Source: a bacterium (GTDB lineage: Bacteria > SAR324 > NAC60-12). From it: DNA of 13,385 nt. The translations under genes and the position numbers were made by a program. Positions within the stretch are counted from its first letter, which is position 1; each line of letters opens with the position of its first letter. Location of the stretch: positions 1 to 13,385 of the forward strand of contig CBDDTI010000736.1 of the NCBI GenBank assembly GCA_965233585.1, given 5' to 3'. Positions 8,969-13,385 of this stretch are shown one piece after another. Under the pieces are notes generated by a model. It saw nothing but the letters and a program-made list of their open reading frames with translations, was not told the DNA's origin and searched no databases.

Positions 8969-9281
8969 GTTAAAGCATCGCGAATTTGCAAATGCCTGCA
9001 ATTACGAAACATGAAAAGGAAATGTGCCAACCTCGGCTTAAAATTAACCAATGTGAAAATCTTTCCGCAAAAATCAAAACGCGGTACTTCTAAAAAAATA
9101 GTTACTCCTTTAATATTTTTCAGTACTGCTAAACAAGACGCGGAGTCTTTTCCTCAGACCCTTTTCTGGTGGTGCTATTTTTGCGACTAATTCAAGGTTT
9201 TAATTTTAACTGACAACTGTTCAGCCTGGATTATTGCCCCCCTAAATAACACTACCGACTGCCGGTCTGTGATGCTGCCGT

Positions 9282-9889
<608 letters not shown>

Positions 9890-9996
9890 CTTTATTATAT
9901 AACGTGACATTTGTAAAATAATAATGATAGAGTTCTTTTAAACACCAAATAAAGCTAACCGAAAGAAAACTAGGGTGAATATAAACAATTTCACAT

Positions 9997-10343
9997 TGTA
10001 GCCACGTGTTCCAGCCATTAAAATTTGTACACATATAGCAATACGTTAAAATTTAGAGACTGAGATTTTTCAAAAAGAAAAAAGTATTCAAGGGGTAAAA
10101 CAGGGCTACTTGGTACAATTACTTTTATGATCATAAACAACTCTTTTTCTGTAACGCTGCTCACAAAAATGCGTGAAATCGCATGTTTGGCAACGTACAA
10201 TGTCAAAGTTTTCCAGGGAAGCATACGCCAGGATCCCCTTAAGTTAGCTTCCCATTTTCCCGAGAACCGGTTCTTGTCTATAATTTAATATGCTGCCTAT
10301 TACGCTTACTTGACGCATATGCAAACTTCTGCTAAAAACCCTG
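9997..10343. mobile_element. hAT-like MITE, left-truncated copy keeping its right terminus (...CTGCTAAAAACCCTG)
   Basis: First 47 bp match 13339-13385 (44/47). The right end reverse complement CAGGGTTTTTAGCAG is an hAT-type CAGGG terminus. It carries TTTTCCAGGGAAGCATACGCCAGGATCCCCT, similar to subterminal motifs I recall from such MITEs. Confidence 0.6.
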
Positions 10344-10488
10344 ATCAGATATTGGAAAGACACCGATCAAGAAAATGCACCATGGTGGCTTTGTTAATTT
10401 GTAACTCAGCACCATAGTTAAAAAATATATTTTTTGATATGACCGTCACCAGCACTGAATATAAGCGCCAAAAGATAGATATGTGGCC

Positions 10489-10606
10489 GAAGACATTTAG
10501 AGGGGATCCCGAAATTTATCAGTAGATTTGAATGGGATTCTTCAATAAAATCAAATTAAAAGGGGCTATCAGCTAAATTTTACTGTCTTTAGCCGAATAT
10601 CCTCCT
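10489..10606. repeat. Degenerate right-half remnant of a GGGGATC-repeat DNA element
   Basis: GGGGATC/GGGATT/GGGGCTATC motifs at ~30-bp spacing, the same motif class as 13059-13200. The left/right assignment relies on recalled family structure. Confidence 0.35.
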
Positions 10607-11227
10607 CAGATACAGATGCAGCTCATTGATTTTTTTGCAAAGAATGTAATGCCACAGCTTTTGTAGTATCCAATTAGTTTCTAACTGGTTCTAGAACCAG
10701 TGCGATAGGATTGGAAATAGTTATTGCAGTGTTAACACAGAAGTCCCCGCCTTTTCGTCCATGTTTCGTGAATGAGTTGGCGACAAGCAGCGTGCCACAG
10801 CTAAATGCCCGCGCTTACTGAGCGTAGGAAACAGGTCCGTGTGCCCGTCAAATGGTGATTTGATGGGTTTTAGGAAACATAGCACGTGATAGAATTTTCA
10901 CACGTTTTATTGAAAATCTTTAGAAAGTGATGACTTGTTCATTTCATTTAAATGTCTCAAGGGCCAAAAGGGCAAACGTTCTTTAAAATATGGTATTCGT
11001 CTTACTAATTAACGTTCTCTGGTAAACTAAAATGGCATCATTTGAAGGGATAAAGTTTGGTATCTCAGTAAAGTGTCATTGTCAGGAAAACCTGCATGGC
11101 AGGACAAAAAGTTCGAATTAGGCCGTTTACCTTTATCTTATTCCAGTGTATAAGCTATCCGTAAAGATTAACAACTATGATCTCTCCCGAGGTAGACGTT
11201 CGTTTTTCTTCAAGATATCACCACATC

Positions 11228-11340
11228 AACTGGCCCCCCGACTACCCGTTGGGGTTCTTAACAACGTTTTATTCATTTACATTGCGGTATTTTTTCATCA
11301 ATTGGTTCAATTGACTCTGAAATTCCCACTGGGAAGGGGG
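11228..11340 (+). mobile_element. Degenerate SINE 3' fragment
   Basis: CAACTGGCCCCCCGACTACCCGTTGGGGTTCTTAAC...CTGAAATTCCCACTGGGAAG resembles the body and tail of a cnidarian tRNA-SINE as recalled; no A/B boxes remain. Confidence 0.35.
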
Positions 11341-11925
11341 CTAGACTCGATTTTCGCCACTCTCTTTGTGTCACTCAGGTGAGCGATAAACTATGTCTGT
11401 GACGTAATGGGAAGAGCGCGGGCACTTTCCCCCAACAGAAGCCGGTAGCCGAGGCCAGGAAATGTTCAATTAAGTTTTATCTCCAAGAAATCCAAGCACC
11501 ACCTGAAAATCGAGGCCTGCCGATTACCTTCATCTTTTCATTACATAAAAGCTATCCAAAAAGATTAGTATTTGCCGAGACTAGCGTTTGTTTTTCTTCC
11601 GGATATCACCATATGATGATTTTGGCCTCTCAGGTGGTTTTGTATGGCCGAAACTTCTGGCAAATTTAGGTGAGCCTAAAAGATACTTCGTACAATTACA
11701 GAAACTCTTATTTCTTGTTCGATAATATTTGTCCACTTATTAGTTGACTGAGATGAATTTGGGGTCTTTTGCTCAAATCCTGCCTTTTTTTCGAGGTGCT
11801 ATATACCGCTGCTAAATCGTTAAAGTGTCCATTTCTGTGTGTTTTTATAAAAATAAAAATCCTATTTTCTTGCGTTCGAGCCAGGCCGCTGATCAAAACA
11901 TCCACATGCTCAGAACTGCGACGTG

Positions 11926-12069
11926 GATTCAAGAACATGTGAATTCAGGTGTGACTCATCTCGCTTGTTTTAGTTCTGTAAATTTAGCTTCGTAGCTCAT
12001 ACAAAATGCCGGGAAAAAGCATTTTGAATGGCGAGATGAGTCAAGCCTGATATCACGTGTTCCTGAATC
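11926..12069. mobile_element. Short fold-back element / MITE with 39-bp inverted arms
   Basis: 11926-11964 matches the reverse complement of 12031-12069 at 33/39. Internal perfect 8-bp stem CAAAATGC/GCATTTTG (12002-12026). Confidence 0.7.
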
Positions 12070-12460
12070 TGCGTAACAACTTATTCCAAACTAAGGGGAA
12101 ACTGGTGCGAATGGTAAACCAAATAGGCAGAAAAGTTTTTAAAAGTTAATAGTAAGTTGCGTTTGATCCTAATCCAGATTTTTTGGGTTTTTTTGCAGAT
12201 GTTTGTTTGGTGATATATAGAATCATATGAGCAAATAGACATTCTGGTGTTATCCGCACTTTAGTAAACGAGCTTTATTTAAGAGTCGTTTTTCAAAAGT
12301 GCTTCAGTTTATTTCTACGTACAGAATAACATTTTTTGTGACCGTGTTTCCCGCTGTTATCAATATTCAGTTCATTTCAATTGTTACATTTGACTCTAAT
12401 GGTAACTGGTGTCGGAGAGTCCAAAAAAATTCATTAGTCAGAAATACTTCTCACCAAACT

Positions 12461-12730
12461 TTAAGGTCATTCTCCAGTATTGCATTGCGCATCCCTACTG
12501 CGCATAATTTTACTCGTGATTAACGCGCGCATTACAAATTGGAAGCCTTTTCTTTACGGCTGGACCTCGCGAAAGAGGTAAATCGTCATTTCCTCGAAAA
12601 CGACTACGGTGACCTATCATTGTTTCTGTTGTTTTAAATTGAGTAATAAATTTCTTTATGTGAAATAAATATGGGCCAATTCTCAGAGTTGAGCAAAAAA
12701 CAATCGTCGGAAACGTGAATCTAGCAAGCA
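12461..12730. mobile_element. Possible left end of a Kolobok-like (TTAA|GG) non-autonomous DNA transposon
   Basis: TTAA followed by GGTCATTCTCC, then TGCGCA-TCCCTAC-TGCGCA. No convincing right end; the right boundary is approximate. Confidence 0.3.
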
Positions 12731-13058
12731 GACGTAACTATAAGCATGGTGCTGAAAGTGAAGAATGATCATCCCTGGCAGTTCTTCCTTCTTTTTTTAA
12801 GGAAAAAAAGCTGCAAACTGGAATATTTGTTTTTTTTATGTTGTTGTTTTTTTTTTGCAGAAAGGTAGTGGAGCCGAAAGTGTAGACATGGCAAAAACAC
12901 GGCTGTAATAGTCTGAAGATATTTTCTATTCAGTGTTTCAATTTCCTTATGAGCATAATAGAAAAACGTGACTATCTCTAAAACAAGATGTTTAAAAATG
13001 AAAAACGCCAGTTTTATAAAAAGCGTTTCAAACAAGCAGGATTTTTTTTTACTTGGTA

Positions 13059-13200
13059 ATTAAGGGACCGGTTATTACTTAGTGCCTGAGCGGGGATGAT
13101 TTTAATATGGAATCATTGGATTTTAAAGATTATAGAAGGAGGGATCAGCAATAACTGAGAGCCCAAAAGTGGGGATCACTAAATGCCACATGCCCTTAAA
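13059..13200. mobile_element. Left-end remnant of a DNA element starting TTAAGGGACCGGT, with GGGGATC subterminal repeats
   Basis: GGGGAT, GGAATC, GGGATC and GGGGATC motifs recur after TTAAGGGACCGGTTATTACTTA; family recognition is from memory. Confidence 0.45.
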
Positions 13201-13292
13201 GACTTGGTGGAAGGCTATTTTGCACTCATGCTAAAAAATTAACTTTGCAGTTAGGGATGGTTGGCTGCTGGAATGTCAAGCGACATCAGTCA

Positions 13293-13385
13293 CAGGTTTC
13301 TCAGTACAAAGGTGGAATTCCATCCGTGGAAAACCAAATGTAGCCACGTGTTCTGGCCATTAAAATTTGTACACATGTAGCAATA
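13293..13385. mobile_element. hAT-like MITE, left end, running off the window
   Basis: CAGGTTTCTCAGTACAA matches the reverse complement of the 10327-10343 terminus at 12/17; 13339-13385 is a direct repeat of 9997-10043. Confidence 0.6.

Noticed and set aside
12465..12770. GAAGAATGATC as the right TIR partner of GGTCATTCTCC
   Set aside because: Only 9/11 match and not followed by TTAA; could be chance.

Overview
Eukaryotic, AT-rich, repeat-dense DNA with no intact protein-coding gene. The repeat families look like those of cnidarians (stony coral or sea anemone); this is recalled family knowledge, not a database result. Left to right: (1) the right end of a DNA transposon with 11-bp GAAACCCTTTG subterminal repeats, ending at 1257; (2) two spliceable, stop-interrupted pseudo-exons (1477-1912); (3) a 2.8-kb element with ~109-bp terminal inverted repeats (2043-4847), containing a CORE-type SINE and a 1.43-kb GC-rich minisatellite of 130 in-register 11-mers, which produces all the long ORFs in the track; (4) a 1.3-kb TIR element with C18/G17 runs in its termini (5173-6491); (5) a tandem pair of a hairpin-bearing repeat (7050-7533); (6) a CpG-depleted decayed minus-strand ORF (7744-8968); (7) a 5'-truncated L2/CR1-group LINE with a 3' stem-loop and (TAT)25 tail (9282-9812); (8) an hAT-like MITE whose right end (10343) and left end (13293) appear in permuted order with a near-shared 8-bp TSD, suggesting a local segmental duplication; (9) a 144-bp fold-back element (11926-12069). 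I found no CRISPR array, RNA gene or demonstrably new biological system. The best leads are the two-monomer 11-bp satellite grown from transposon subterminal repeats and the permuted hAT ends.
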